A DNA stretch of 64,000 nucleotides from Mucilaginibacter sp. (GTDB taxonomy: Bacteria; Bacteroidota; Bacteroidia; Sphingobacteriales; Sphingobacteriaceae): positions 235,859-299,858 of the forward strand of contig JAYRLR010000002.1 in NCBI GenBank assembly GCA_041905165.1, written 5' to 3'. Shown here piece after piece: positions 1 to 10,085 of this stretch. A program made the translations under genes and the position numbers. The notes beneath the pieces are model-generated. The model saw only the letters and a program-made list of their open reading frames with translations. It did not search any database and had not been told where the DNA came from. The first letter of the stretch is position 1; each line of letters begins with the position of its first letter.

Positions 1-1
1 T

Positions 2-586
2 GCTTACCAGAACCAGCATCGACGGTACGACGATTATCAACGAATTAAAGTGGGTATTACCGGTGGCCTAAACATCGCTAATGCTGTTGAATCATCCAAC
101 TCATGGGACAATTGGAGCACCGGCACCATCACCGGGGCCAATGTAGGCTTTACACTGGATGTGCCTATCTCTTACCCATTATCTTTCGCGCCGGAGATAT
201 TATGGTCGCAGAAAGGGTATAGTGCTTCAACCATTGATGGCGACTTTAAGCAGCGGAACAACTATATAGATGTGCCGTTGCTGGCTAAGCTTAAGTTGAC
301 ACCTGGGTTTAACGTGGTAATCGGTCCGCAGTTGTCATTTCTGGTATCATCAAAGAATATTTACCGCAATGACTTTGCTACCGTAGTGGAAGACCGCTAT
401 GATTATGATGGCAATAAAACACTTGTTGGTGGTGTGGCCGGTATCAGCTTAGATTTGAGCCGTTCGGTTGAGCTACGTGCCCGTTATACGATTGACCTGC
501 AGGATAGCAACACCGACCGCTTCTCGGCCATCCCGGATTACCGGAACCAAGTATGGCAGATAGGCCTCGGCTTTAAATTGCAGTAA
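2..586 (+). CDS. Outer-membrane beta-barrel (porin-family, OMP_b-brl_2-like) protein, 5' end outside the window
   Basis: The frame is open from nt 2 with no stop, so the listed GTG at 50 is probably internal. It shows an alternating beta-strand pattern and a hydrophobic C-terminal strand QIGLGFKLQ. It is a paralog of the porin at 27477-28046. Confidence 0.75.
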   Translation, partial: AYQNQHRRYDDYQRIKVGITGGLNIANAVESSNSWDNWSTGTITGANVGFTLDVPISYPLSFAPEILWSQKGYSASTIDGDFKQRNNYIDVPLLAKLKLTPGFNVVIGPQLSFLVSSKNIYRNDFATVVEDRYDYDGNKTLVGGVAGISLDLSRSVELRARYTIDLQDSNTDRFSAIPDYRNQVWQIGLGFKLQ

Positions 587-612
587 CTATAAATCGATCG
601 TATGATACAAAT

Positions 613-641
613 AAAGACCGTGCTGATATCAGGCGGTCTTT
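613..641. terminator. Hairpin between convergent genes, a possible bidirectional terminator
   Basis: AAAGACCG (613-620) pairs with CGGTCTTT (634-641). On the minus strand it is followed by TTTATTTGT. It overlaps the stop codon of the minus-strand glycosyltransferase gene. Confidence 0.45.
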
Positions 642-1591
642 CCTGTAAATATGGATTTCACCCAGCGCTTAAAGCGCCTTTTAGGTTTATTATACCGGCG
701 CCTACGGCGGGTGATATGAAAGTCCTTATCGATGGTATAAAAGTCGGCCTTTTTTTCGGGCAGCATATAAGTTGGATGAATAATCTCGGTGATATCTTGC
801 AGAGGCACATTGGCATTGTCATTATTGCTGTCGTGCGTGTGGGTAGCACCCGCACCAAAACCAATGTTAGATATAAGGTTATAATTAGGGATAACCGATA
901 GGCTGTTGTTAAAAAAGTTCATGAACGCAAGCTGATAGTCCCAGGTGTCTATCTCGCCCATTTTCATCCGGCCAAAAATATCCGTCCAGTCGGCGGCTGC
1001 CATGTCATCATTGAATACCTTTAATAACTGCTCATATACTTCGCTGGTTTGGTAGCGCGACAGGTTCTTATCATAGTCTTTCCAAACCCTGCGCCATCCT
1101 GCCCAACCCCATACGTGGGTCATGTTAGAGAAATAATAAGTGCCATCGCCCCATTTTTGTCCACCTTGCAGGTTAGAACCACCTACGTGGCGTACCCGTT
1201 CGTCGTGCCGGTAGCGGCTTAACATTTCATCACAGAAGTAAAAGAAGGAAGGGGCCGGCAGGCAGTCATCTTCCAGAATAATGCCTTCTTCTTCGTTTTC
1301 AAAAAACCAGGTTATCGCAGTGGACACGCCGTCGCGGCAACCCAGATTTGTGATTTGAAAAGCTGTGTTTACCTCACAATCCCAATCCACCTGGCTGGCA
1401 ATTGCGCGTGTTTGCTCGCAAAGCTGTTCCTCGCCCGGTTTTGTTGCCCGCGGGCCATCGGCAGCTATGTAAAGCTTTGGCGGACGAGCAGCTCTGATGC
1501 GCTCGAATACTTTCTGAGCTGGCTCCGGGCGGTTAAATGCAATAAATAATACGGGAGATTTTGCCTGATAATCTGAGGTGAATTTGTTCAT
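629..1591 (-). CDS. GT-A fold nucleotide-diphospho-sugar glycosyltransferase (GNT-I/HlpA-like)
   Basis: 320 aa. N-terminal SPVLFIAFNRPE and the acidic motif ILEDDCLP are typical of GNT-I-like transferases. It is the last gene of a minus-strand glycosyltransferase operon. Confidence 0.75.
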   Translation of the reverse strand: MNKFTSDYQAKSPVLFIAFNRPEPAQKVFERIRAARPPKLYIAADGPRATKPGEEQLCEQTRAIASQVDWDCEVNTAFQITNLGCRDGVSTAITWFFENEEEGIILEDDCLPAPSFFYFCDEMLSRYRHDERVRHVGGSNLQGGQKWGDGTYYFSNMTHVWGWAGWRRVWKDYDKNLSRYQTSEVYEQLLKVFNDDMAAADWTDIFGRMKMGEIDTWDYQLAFMNFFNNSLSVIPNYNLISNIGFGAGATHTHDSNNDNANVPLQDITEIIHPTYMLPEKKADFYTIDKDFHITRRRRRYNKPKRRFKRWVKSIFTGKTA

Positions 1592-1624
1592 GAAAGATCT
1601 GGGTTTAATATCAGCGGATGAAAA

Positions 1625-3463
1625 TTACTCGTTAAACGTTTGCATCTCTATAAGCTTACGATACAAGCCATTCTTCTCTATCAATTCTGTATGACTGCCT
1701 TGCTCCACTATGCGACCTTCCTCCAATACCATAATAATATCGGCATTTTGTATAGTGCTCAGTCGGTGGGCAATTACCAGCGAGGTATGGCTTTTCATCA
1801 GGTTGTTCAGCGCATCCTGAACCAGTTTTTCAGATTCCGTATCAAGTGCAGAGGTTGCTTCATCAAGCAACATAATAGGCGGGTTATTTAACACCGCTCG
1901 GGCAATACAAACACGTTGCCTCTGTCCGCCCGAAAGCTTGGTGCCGCGATCGCCTGTATTGGTTTGGTAACCTTCGGGTTTTTCCATAATAAAGTTATGG
2001 GCATTGGCGATCCGGGCTGCTTCCTCTACGTGCTCGGGTGTAGTGTTGGGTTTGCCAAAGGCAATGTTATTATAAATGGTATCATTAAATAATAGCGACT
2101 CCTGGTTTACGATACCCATCAGTGCGCGTAATGAGTGCGCGGTAACCTGCTTGACGTTGATGCCATCAATCAGCACTTCTCCTTCCTGTGGCTCAATAAA
2201 GCGGGGGAGCATATCCATCAAGGTTGATTTGCCACCGCCAGATGGTCCCACTAACGCTACCGTTTTACCCTTAGGTACAGTTAGATTAATGTTTTTGAGC
2301 ACAACTCGTTCGCCATAGGCAAACGACACATTTTTAAGTTCAATGCTTTCTTTAAAGTCCTGCAGTTCGGTTGCATCTTCAGCGTCAAAGATCTGTGGTT
2401 TTTCGTCAATTAAATCCAGTATGCGTTCGCCTGCCACCAAACCGGTATGTATGTTGCTGAAGGCATCGCCAATTGCTTTTGCAGGGCGCATTAATTGTGA
2501 AAACAAAGCAATATACGCGATGAACTGCCCGGCGGTAAGGTCCGACTCATTGTTGAAAAGTAGATAACCACCATATAACACAATGAACGATATCATGATA
2601 ACTGATAGCGCCTCAGATACCGGCGAAGCAAGTTGCTGCCTGCGAGACATGGCCTTACCTATGCCGGAGTAATGAATGTTTTCATCATTAAACCTATTAG
2701 TAACGAAATTGGTAGCGTTAAATGCCTTTATGATTTTGATGCCCGACAATGCCTCGTCAAGGTAACTTACCATGTTGGCATATGAGTTTTGCAGATCGAC
2801 GGCCTGTGCGCGCAGCTTTTTTACGATACGTGAAATAATTAGCCCGGCTATAGGTATTACCAATAACGATATAAGCGTAAGTTTGACTGATGTGGCAAAT
2901 AATACCACCAAATAAGCAATCAATAGCAAAGGCTCTTTAAAAACCACTTGCAAGGTGCCTGTAACAGTATATTGTACGGTTTGCACTTCAGATGCTACCT
3001 TCGAAATGATATCGCCTTTGCGCTCATTGCTAAAAAAACCAACATGTAAATTCATTACATTTTCAAACACGGCCTTGCGTATACGCAACAAGGTGTGTAT
3101 GCGCATATTTTCCATAGTGCGTAGAGAAAGGTACCTGAACAGGTTGCCTAAAATTACGGCGGCCATTATTACAGCGCAAACAAATTGCAAAGCTCCAAAC
3201 TGACCATGTTTTTCAACAAAATCATTTAAGTAGAATTTAAACCAGCCCGCAACATCAAGGGTTGAAATCTGTTCCGCTTTTTTTGCTGCCTTTTCGGGCA
3301 CACAGTTGTTTACGTTGAACAAGGTATTTAAAAGGGGCCCAAGTAACGCTAAAACAGAAGTGCTGAATATTACATATAGAATAGTAAAGAATACATAGGG
3401 TATTGCAAATTTTTCGATTGGTTTAGCGAACGATAAAAGCCTGAAATATGTCTTCATCAACAA
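1625..3463 (-). CDS. ABC transporter with fused permease and ATPase, MsbA-like lipid/LPS-precursor exporter
   Basis: 612 aa with an N-terminal six-helix TM domain. Walker A GPSGGGKST, signature LSGGQRQR and Walker B IMLLDEATSALD are present. It is embedded among glycosyltransferase genes. Confidence 0.9.
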   Translation of the reverse strand: MLMKTYFRLLSFAKPIEKFAIPYVFFTILYVIFSTSVLALLGPLLNTLFNVNNCVPEKAAKKAEQISTLDVAGWFKFYLNDFVEKHGQFGALQFVCAVIMAAVILGNLFRYLSLRTMENMRIHTLLRIRKAVFENVMNLHVGFFSNERKGDIISKVASEVQTVQYTVTGTLQVVFKEPLLLIAYLVVLFATSVKLTLISLLVIPIAGLIISRIVKKLRAQAVDLQNSYANMVSYLDEALSGIKIIKAFNATNFVTNRFNDENIHYSGIGKAMSRRQQLASPVSEALSVIMISFIVLYGGYLLFNNESDLTAGQFIAYIALFSQLMRPAKAIGDAFSNIHTGLVAGERILDLIDEKPQIFDAEDATELQDFKESIELKNVSFAYGERVVLKNINLTVPKGKTVALVGPSGGGKSTLMDMLPRFIEPQEGEVLIDGINVKQVTAHSLRALMGIVNQESLLFNDTIYNNIAFGKPNTTPEHVEEAARIANAHNFIMEKPEGYQTNTGDRGTKLSGGQRQRVCIARAVLNNPPIMLLDEATSALDTESEKLVQDALNNLMKSHTSLVIAHRLSTIQNADIIMVLEEGRIVEQGSHTELIEKNGLYRKLIEMQTFNE

Positions 3464-3514
3464 TTATAAAGGGTACAAAGCTAACAACAAATTAGCGGGT
3501 ATTAAAGAGCTCAT

Positions 3515-4657
3515 TTACTGCTGCGGCAAAAGCGGCTTAACCGCTTGCCATACCTGCTCTGTACTTACCGATTGTATGCAAGGGAAAGCTTCTCCTTTCA
3601 CCGTCGTATAAATGCAATTCCAGTTACAGTAATAACACTCCATCTTATTAAATACACAAAACGGACTGTATACAATATCAGCAGGGTAGGGTACAAACCG
3701 GCTGAAATGCCCTCCGCCAACTATGCACACAGATGGTGTTTGCGTTGCTGCCGCCAAGTGTATAGCCCCGCTGTCATTCGCTACAACCAAACTTGCGGAC
3801 GCGATGCGCATGGCAAGTTCAGTCAGCGTTGTTTTGCCTGTTATATTAACTAATTGTGGTGTGCTAAATTGTGCAGCGATGGAATCATTTAAAGTCAGGT
3901 CACTCTGGGCACCTGCCAGATATACTTTTGCGCTGGTGTAAGTGAGTATGTTGCTAATAAGATCAACAAACTTCTGCGCCTCCAATGCACGCTTGTTTAA
4001 ACCCGCTGCAGGTATAATGACGATACCGTTTCGCTGCTCTGTTAAAAAAGGTAAAATGGGTTGCTTAATATTTGCGCATTTCCCCAGAACCTGCTCAAAA
4101 TAAAAGCAATGACGATGAAATTCAAAGTTAATATTGGCAGGGAGTTCAAGTAGTTTAGTATAAAACTTATCGGTTTTTCGTTTAAATTTTTCCGGAATTC
4201 CTTCTGTGTTGCTTTGGTATCCTATTATTTGCGGCGCTGCGCTAAGGCCGGCCATGCCATCAGTAATAAAGGTGCGGGTGGAGTTGGGATTCAGCACCAC
4301 TTGGTAGCCTGCGCGAAAAAGCTGCCAACCCAGTTTTAAAACATCACGCGGACTGTAATACATGCTATTTGGCTTCGCAAAAAGGAAGCGGCTTACAAAC
4401 GTACCATCAACATGGCGGGCAAGGTCGGCCCAAATAGTGTTACCCAGCAGGTGAATCTCGTAACCCTTGTATTTAGATGAATTTTTTACCTCTTCAATAA
4501 AGTTACGAAAGAGTACGTAGTCGCCAATTGCATCAGGCTTAATTATGAGCAAGCGTTTACGCACAGGCCTTAAATAAGCCAGTAAGCAAAACAAATATGG
4601 CAATTTAAGTAATACAAAACGTGTAAGACGGTATAAATTTCTGCTCCTTATCTCCAT
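3515..4657 (-). CDS. Glycosyltransferase family 9 (heptosyltransferase-like)
   Basis: 380 aa. The C-terminal motif VVANDSGAIHLAAA and the N-terminal LIIKPDAIGD are typical of GT9. It abuts the upstream gene with no gap. Confidence 0.85.
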   Translation of the reverse strand: MEIRSRNLYRLTRFVLLKLPYLFCLLAYLRPVRKRLLIIKPDAIGDYVLFRNFIEEVKNSSKYKGYEIHLLGNTIWADLARHVDGTFVSRFLFAKPNSMYYSPRDVLKLGWQLFRAGYQVVLNPNSTRTFITDGMAGLSAAPQIIGYQSNTEGIPEKFKRKTDKFYTKLLELPANINFEFHRHCFYFEQVLGKCANIKQPILPFLTEQRNGIVIIPAAGLNKRALEAQKFVDLISNILTYTSAKVYLAGAQSDLTLNDSIAAQFSTPQLVNITGKTTLTELAMRIASASLVVANDSGAIHLAAATQTPSVCIVGGGHFSRFVPYPADIVYSPFCVFNKMECYYCNWNCIYTTVKGEAFPCIQSVSTEQVWQAVKPLLPQQ

Positions 4658-5833
4658 TTACTTAAAAGCACTATCTAGTTCACTGTAAAGCACTTCTTTA
4701 CTAAAACTGCTCCGGATAAAATCAAGGGCCTGTATACGCAGCCTGTGATAAAATACATTATCGTTTAGCAGGATAGTAATATTTTCCGCAAATTTAGTCG
4801 CGTCATCGCTAACCAAACAACCGTTAAGACGTTTATTTGGCAAACCATCAACTCCTCGCGTGGTACTTACTACCGGCAAACCGTAACCCAATGCCTCAAC
4901 CACTTTTACCTTAACACCCGTTCCAGTAAGCATGGGGCACAAAGCAATTCTGGCATCGGTATAGTATGATTCAAGGTTTTCAGCATAAGCAATTCGGGTA
5001 ACATCGATATCTTTCGAAATGAACTTGTTAATCAGCCCAATAACACATATACGAATGCCTTTTGGCAGCAGCGGATAGACATTGTGAAAAAACCAGTTTG
5101 AAGAACGTTGATTATGGACGTTATCGCTAGCCACATAAATTAAATCGTACTTTTTTGCTTGCAATGTCGGCGATGCTTCAATTTCTTTTTCAATTATAAA
5201 CGGGACCAACCTGACTTGCTTTTTTATAAACTGGCTAAAAACATATTGCTCCTCACTAGATATAGCCCACACTTCATCAAAGGTATTGAGCCTGCTTATT
5301 TCATCCTCAAATGTCGCACCTAAACTAAAGTTTCGCTTGTTTTTAAGCTGGCCAGTGATAAGATCATGCGTATCAATTATTGTGCGCGAGCCCTTAAGCA
5401 ATGCGCGGTCATCAATAAGTCCGGCACACTGCACATAACTTATTACTATATAATCGTAATCGTTTTGTTTAAGCACCTTGTTGAAAGCATGCTTCAATTT
5501 AATGGTTAAATAAGGCGGTATATTTGATCGTAACGGATATTTTATCCAATGGTAAAATAAATCACTCACCTTATAGCGAAAAAAATACCATAATAGGTTA
5601 CCCTTGCCTGGTTTGCGGGGTAAAAGGTGAACGTTAGTGGCAAGCTTGCTACTAGTTAACATTTCGATTGTTTCCTGCTCAGTACCACGATCTGTTTTTT
5701 CGTGCATCAAGCTTACATAATCAACCGCAAAGCCCCTGTTTTTGAAATAATGCAAAAGCTGCAAAGCGCGGGTTTTATTACCTGCATTTTGTTTACCCAC
5801 ATTGTCCGGAAAAAAGTAGAGAATTTTTTTCAT
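4658..5833 (-). CDS. Glycosyltransferase family 4 (GT-B, group 1)
   Basis: 391 aa. The C-terminal GT-B motif is GTGVKVKVVEALGYGLPVVST. It overlaps the upstream GT2 gene by 4 nt. Confidence 0.85.
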   Translation of the reverse strand: MKKILYFFPDNVGKQNAGNKTRALQLLHYFKNRGFAVDYVSLMHEKTDRGTEQETIEMLTSSKLATNVHLLPRKPGKGNLLWYFFRYKVSDLFYHWIKYPLRSNIPPYLTIKLKHAFNKVLKQNDYDYIVISYVQCAGLIDDRALLKGSRTIIDTHDLITGQLKNKRNFSLGATFEDEISRLNTFDEVWAISSEEQYVFSQFIKKQVRLVPFIIEKEIEASPTLQAKKYDLIYVASDNVHNQRSSNWFFHNVYPLLPKGIRICVIGLINKFISKDIDVTRIAYAENLESYYTDARIALCPMLTGTGVKVKVVEALGYGLPVVSTTRGVDGLPNKRLNGCLVSDDATKFAENITILLNDNVFYHRLRIQALDFIRSSFSKEVLYSELDSAFK

Positions 5834-6714
5834 TTAAGAAGCTTATAGTTGCGGTACTCTGTTACGCGCCACCCAGTCAAATCCTCTACCTTTTGCAACA
5901 CCCTACGTCTAAACGTCATTCTTTTTCGGAGTTCTTTGAGATCGATATCAAGGTTCCAGTTAATAGCAGCCACACGCTTTTGCATTACTTCCGGATGCGT
6001 GCCGGTAAATTTTTCAAGCTTGTCCGGGTTCTTATAGGTATAGTCAAACTGAAAACTATCAGGCAGATTTTGCTGCATCCAATCATCATCATGATAAAAA
6101 CGATTGAAGTTGCGCACTTTATTAGTGAGCCCCGACGGCGGCTTTACCCAACCGTAATGATATATATAAGCATCAATAAGCTTTACATTAAGCTTGCGAT
6201 TTTGCCACCTGAAACCCTGCGCATCTCGATAAGAATGTATGGCAGCATTATTACGCACTATCCTTATCTCTCGTCTGTACCAACGGCGCGAATTGCCATA
6301 GTAATCATAAGAACCATAAAAGTGCAGGTATTTAAACAACAGCCCTTCAACCTCAGGTTTTGTTAGATTAACATACATGGCCTTTTTTATAATAGGGAGA
6401 TATTTTTCATGGACACATTCATCTCCCTGTATATAAAAAGCCCAATCGGCATCCGCAGCAATGGCGCCAAAAGCTTTATCTGTTTCAGCAGCAAACACAG
6501 TACCGCCATCACGCAGGCTTTCGTTCCAAACAGTATGTATTATTTTTATTTTAGGCGATTTAATACTTAAAATGAGCCGTTCGGTTTCATCCTCATTATT
6601 GCCGAGGGCTATCACAAATTCGTCACATATTGGCAATATAGAAGTGATGGCCTCGACAATAGGATAGTCGTTTTTCACTGCATTGCGTATGAAGGTAAAT
6701 CCTGAAACTTTCAT
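5830..6714 (-). CDS. Glycosyltransferase (GT2-like)
   Basis: 294 aa. The N-terminus VSGFTFIRNAVKNDYPIVEAI and the acidic motif YIQGDE resemble GT2-like LOS/LPS transferases. It is the first gene of the minus-strand operon. Confidence 0.7.
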   Translation of the reverse strand: MKVSGFTFIRNAVKNDYPIVEAITSILPICDEFVIALGNNEDETERLILSIKSPKIKIIHTVWNESLRDGGTVFAAETDKAFGAIAADADWAFYIQGDECVHEKYLPIIKKAMYVNLTKPEVEGLLFKYLHFYGSYDYYGNSRRWYRREIRIVRNNAAIHSYRDAQGFRWQNRKLNVKLIDAYIYHYGWVKPPSGLTNKVRNFNRFYHDDDWMQQNLPDSFQFDYTYKNPDKLEKFTGTHPEVMQKRVAAINWNLDIDLKELRKRMTFRRRVLQKVEDLTGWRVTEYRNYKLLK

Positions 6715-6839
6715 TTAAACTCATTTTAGCTATTTAACAAATTATCCTTTACTTTGTAAAAAGTTGCGTGCGTGGCCGCTTGCCAAATATACACCAACTG
6801 TTTATAAATATTTCTATTTAAAGTTTGCCATAGTATATA

Positions 6840-7550
6840 GTGACTCTCAAGGGCTCAAAAATATCCATTATTATAGTTACTTATAACGCTGCTCAAACGC
6901 TTGAGGTATGTCTGCAAAGTATATTTAAGCAGCGATACACCAACGTTGAAATAATAGTGATTGATGGACAAAGCACCGATGGCACTATTGATATACTAAA
7001 ACGATATTCAGCGCAAATAGCTTTTTGGAAAAGCGAGAAAGACACGGGTATCTATGATGCCATGAACAAGGGACTGAAACAAGCTACCGGCAAGTGGATA
7101 TATTTTTTAGGTGCTGATGACATGCTATTTGCTGAGTTTAGCGATTTAGTTGATGAACTGGATGATGAACATTGCATTTATTACGGCCGGGTGATGACGC
7201 TTGGCGGGCCGACTATACCGGCAGATGCCTATGCGTTCGCCAAATACGGGCTGTGCCATCAGGCCATGATATACCCGATCGGTGTCTTTGACAAACGCCG
7301 TTTCAATACAAAATACCGCATATCAGCTGATTACGCCCTTAATATGACGCTTTTCAAAAACAGTGAATACCGATTCCAATTTTGCGATCACTTAATTGCA
7401 AACTTTAACCACACGGGTATTTCAAGCACCACTGTTGATGCTGCCTTTGAGAAGGATCGCCCTGCATTGGTGCGCAAATATTTTGGCAATTTTATATGGC
7501 TGCGCTTTATGTTCTGGCGTTTAAAAAACAAATTGAAGAATAAAAAATAG
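6840..7550 (+). CDS. Glycosyltransferase family 2
   Basis: 236 aa with a GTG start. Motifs ISIIIVTYNAAQTLEVCLQSI, IDGQSTDGT and the DxD-like GADD are present. It is divergent from the GT operon. Confidence 0.85.
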   Translation: MTLKGSKISIIIVTYNAAQTLEVCLQSIFKQRYTNVEIIVIDGQSTDGTIDILKRYSAQIAFWKSEKDTGIYDAMNKGLKQATGKWIYFLGADDMLFAEFSDLVDELDDEHCIYYGRVMTLGGPTIPADAYAFAKYGLCHQAMIYPIGVFDKRRFNTKYRISADYALNMTLFKNSEYRFQFCDHLIANFNHTGISSTTVDAAFEKDRPALVRKYFGNFIWLRFMFWRLKNKLKNKK

Positions 7551-7562
7551 AATTATACGAGT

Positions 7563-8618
7563 TTATTCTTCCAGACATTCTTTGTATAGCTGCATATACT
7601 GTCGCGCCGCAATTTGCCACGAAAATTTCTTGGCCTGCTGTTTTATGCTTTCTTCGCGGCAATTGGCCTCATAATCTGCCATCCCGGCTGTAAATACCTC
7701 TTGCATATGAGCAGGTTCGAAGTTATCAAAGTAATAGGCCACGTCGCCCCCAATTTCTGGCAAGCAAGTGAACCTTGACAAAAATACTGGCTTGCCGAAA
7801 TGCATGGCCTCAATTACCGGCAGGCCAAACCCTTCCGCAATTGACGGAAATGCAAAGGCGCTGCAATTTGAATAGTACCACGCTTTGTCATCATCGCTCA
7901 CCGGGCCAGTAATTATAAGCCTGTCCAGGCATCCTGCCTTTATAGCTGCATCAATGATATTTTGTTTGTGCGGCGTTTCAATACCTGATATTATAAGCTC
8001 GTAATTATTACCTGCCAACAGAGCCGGCAATAAGTGAAACCCCTTTTGAACGGATAATAGCCCAATAGTAAAAATGAATTTTTTTTGAGGCAGATAGTGT
8101 GGCAGATGCCCATTAGGTACTGTCAGTTTATCTGCACCATTGTATATGACACTTATTTTACCACGCACTTCAGGAATAAAATGTATTACGTCATTGGCAA
8201 CAAAGCTTGATATGGCAACAACGCGGTCGCAGTGTGCTATAAATCTTTTTAGTTTGCGAATATGCTTTTTAACCTTGTATTTAGATTTAAAAGCGAGGTG
8301 CGCATTGTTAATGTCATGAATGGTCATAATCTTTTTAGCATTCAAGCGGTACGGCCTCAGGCGACAGGTTTGATCAGAAAAATGCACCAAATCAAAACGT
8401 TTGTAAAATGGAAAAAACAACCGGTGCGCACGATATAGTCTTATGATATTCACCAGGCCATTAAAAAGCGTAGTAATCTTAAACAGGTAAAAAGTGAAAT
8501 TGAAACGCCCCTTGTTCTCACGTAGCAAGGCTTCGCCAAGTCCTTTTCCAAAATAAAAATATCCGGAATTAGGGTTTTTCATCGAATCAAAGGTTATTAA
8601 TACTTTATGTTGGCGCAT
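7563..8618 (-). CDS. Glycosyltransferase family 4 (GT-B, group 1)
   Basis: 351 aa with the motif FPSIAEGFGLPVIEAMHFGKPV. Confidence 0.85.
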   Translation of the reverse strand: MRQHKVLITFDSMKNPNSGYFYFGKGLGEALLRENKGRFNFTFYLFKITTLFNGLVNIIRLYRAHRLFFPFYKRFDLVHFSDQTCRLRPYRLNAKKIMTIHDINNAHLAFKSKYKVKKHIRKLKRFIAHCDRVVAISSFVANDVIHFIPEVRGKISVIYNGADKLTVPNGHLPHYLPQKKFIFTIGLLSVQKGFHLLPALLAGNNYELIISGIETPHKQNIIDAAIKAGCLDRLIITGPVSDDDKAWYYSNCSAFAFPSIAEGFGLPVIEAMHFGKPVFLSRFTCLPEIGGDVAYYFDNFEPAHMQEVFTAGMADYEANCREESIKQQAKKFSWQIAARQYMQLYKECLEE

Positions 8619-8645
8619 AATGTAAATTAATAAACATACTTAAAA

Positions 8646-9935
8646 TCAGCTATTCATTATCTCTTCTATATGATCTGCTTCAACCGGTATGTCGGCCATC
8701 AGGTCAACATTGCCGTCAGGAGTAATCAAAATGTTGTTTTCTATGCGGATGCCCAAACCTTCTGCCGGAATATAAATGCCCGGTTCGCAGGTAAGGATGT
8801 TGCCTACCTCAAAAGGTTTGTAACGACTGGCATAATCATGCACGTCCAGCCCTAAATGGTGGGAAGTGCCGTGCATAAAGTATTTTTTATATGCAGGCCA
8901 GGCCGCATCTTGCTTTTCCACGTCATGTTTGGTGATCAAACCTAAGCCTATGAGTTCGCTGGTCATAATTTTGCCAACCTCTTCATGATAATCGTTCCAC
9001 ACCGTTCCGGCTACAACCATTTTGGTAGCCTCACGCATCACTCGCAATACCGCATTATATACATCGCGCTGGCGTGGAGTAAAGCGTCCGCTTACCGGAA
9101 TGCTGCGGCTCATATCGGCATTATAATTACCATACTCTGCTCCAAAGTCAAATAATATTACATCGCCGTCCAGGCAAGGCTGGTTATTATCATTATAATG
9201 CAGTACGATTGCATTTTTACCCGAAGCAATTATTGGATTATAGGCATGGCCTGTGGCGCGCTGCCTTAAAAATTCGTGTATAATTTCAGCTTCAATTTCA
9301 TATTCTGTTACGCCGGGCTTGGTAAAGCGTAATACGCGTACAAAGGCGTCGCGGGTAATTTCACAAGCTTTTTTAGTCAGCGCTATTTCTGCTGCAGATT
9401 TAACAGGGCGAAGATCGCGCAGTATCGGTGCAGAGCGCTCATAGTGATGTAACGGATATTTAGTTCGAAGGGTATCCAGCATACGCAGGTCACGGTAAGG
9501 TACCGTGTGCAGATAGCGGTCGTTTTCGTTAGTATTAATATATATATGCTCGGCATAATTAATAATACTATGTAATATGGTATCAAAATCACTAAGCCAA
9601 TAGATGCTTTCTATGCCGGAAACGGCTTTGGCTTCCTCTTTAGTGTATTTGTGGCCTTCCCAAATGGCAATGTGTTCACTGGTTTGTCTTAAAAAAAGTA
9701 CTTCTCTGTATAATTTATTAGGACAGTCCGGATATAATAATAAGATACTTTGCTCTTGATCTATGCCTGATAAATAAAAAAAATCGGGGTTTTGTTTGAA
9801 AATAAACGTCTGGTCGCCATTTCTTGGGAACTCGTCATTTGAATAGAACAGCGCAACAGAATTAGGTTTTATACGTGCAACGAAATTTTTTCTATTATTG
9901 ATAAACAGCTCATTATCAATTGGAAGGTATTTCAT
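8646..9935 (-). CDS. pepP: Xaa-Pro aminopeptidase (M24B, aminopeptidase P family)
   Basis: 429 aa with M24 metal-site contexts DFGAEYGNYNADMSR, HGTSHHLGLDVHD, CEPGIY and RIENN. Confidence 0.9.
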   Translation of the reverse strand: MKYLPIDNELFINNRKNFVARIKPNSVALFYSNDEFPRNGDQTFIFKQNPDFFYLSGIDQEQSILLLYPDCPNKLYREVLFLRQTSEHIAIWEGHKYTKEEAKAVSGIESIYWLSDFDTILHSIINYAEHIYINTNENDRYLHTVPYRDLRMLDTLRTKYPLHHYERSAPILRDLRPVKSAAEIALTKKACEITRDAFVRVLRFTKPGVTEYEIEAEIIHEFLRQRATGHAYNPIIASGKNAIVLHYNDNNQPCLDGDVILFDFGAEYGNYNADMSRSIPVSGRFTPRQRDVYNAVLRVMREATKMVVAGTVWNDYHEEVGKIMTSELIGLGLITKHDVEKQDAAWPAYKKYFMHGTSHHLGLDVHDYASRYKPFEVGNILTCEPGIYIPAEGLGIRIENNILITPDGNVDLMADIPVEADHIEEIMNS

Positions 9936-10085
9936 GAGGTAATAGTTAATATTTCAAAAAAATAAAACAATTGTTCAATCCGGCATGTTAAGCCTTTAAT
10001 TTTTGGAACAAAATTTGGTATTCTTTTCAAACATAATTAGTATTTTTGAAAAAAATCACAATTAAAATCGTTTAATCTTAAAACT

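Noticed and set aside
602-901. A 99-aa plus-strand ORF, together with similar antisense ORFs inside the GT operon (for example 5893-6366 at 157 aa, 3545-3853 and 2076-2318).
   Set aside because: They lie entirely inside longer opposite-strand genes that carry clear family motifs. They have no motifs of their own and are typical antisense shadow ORFs.
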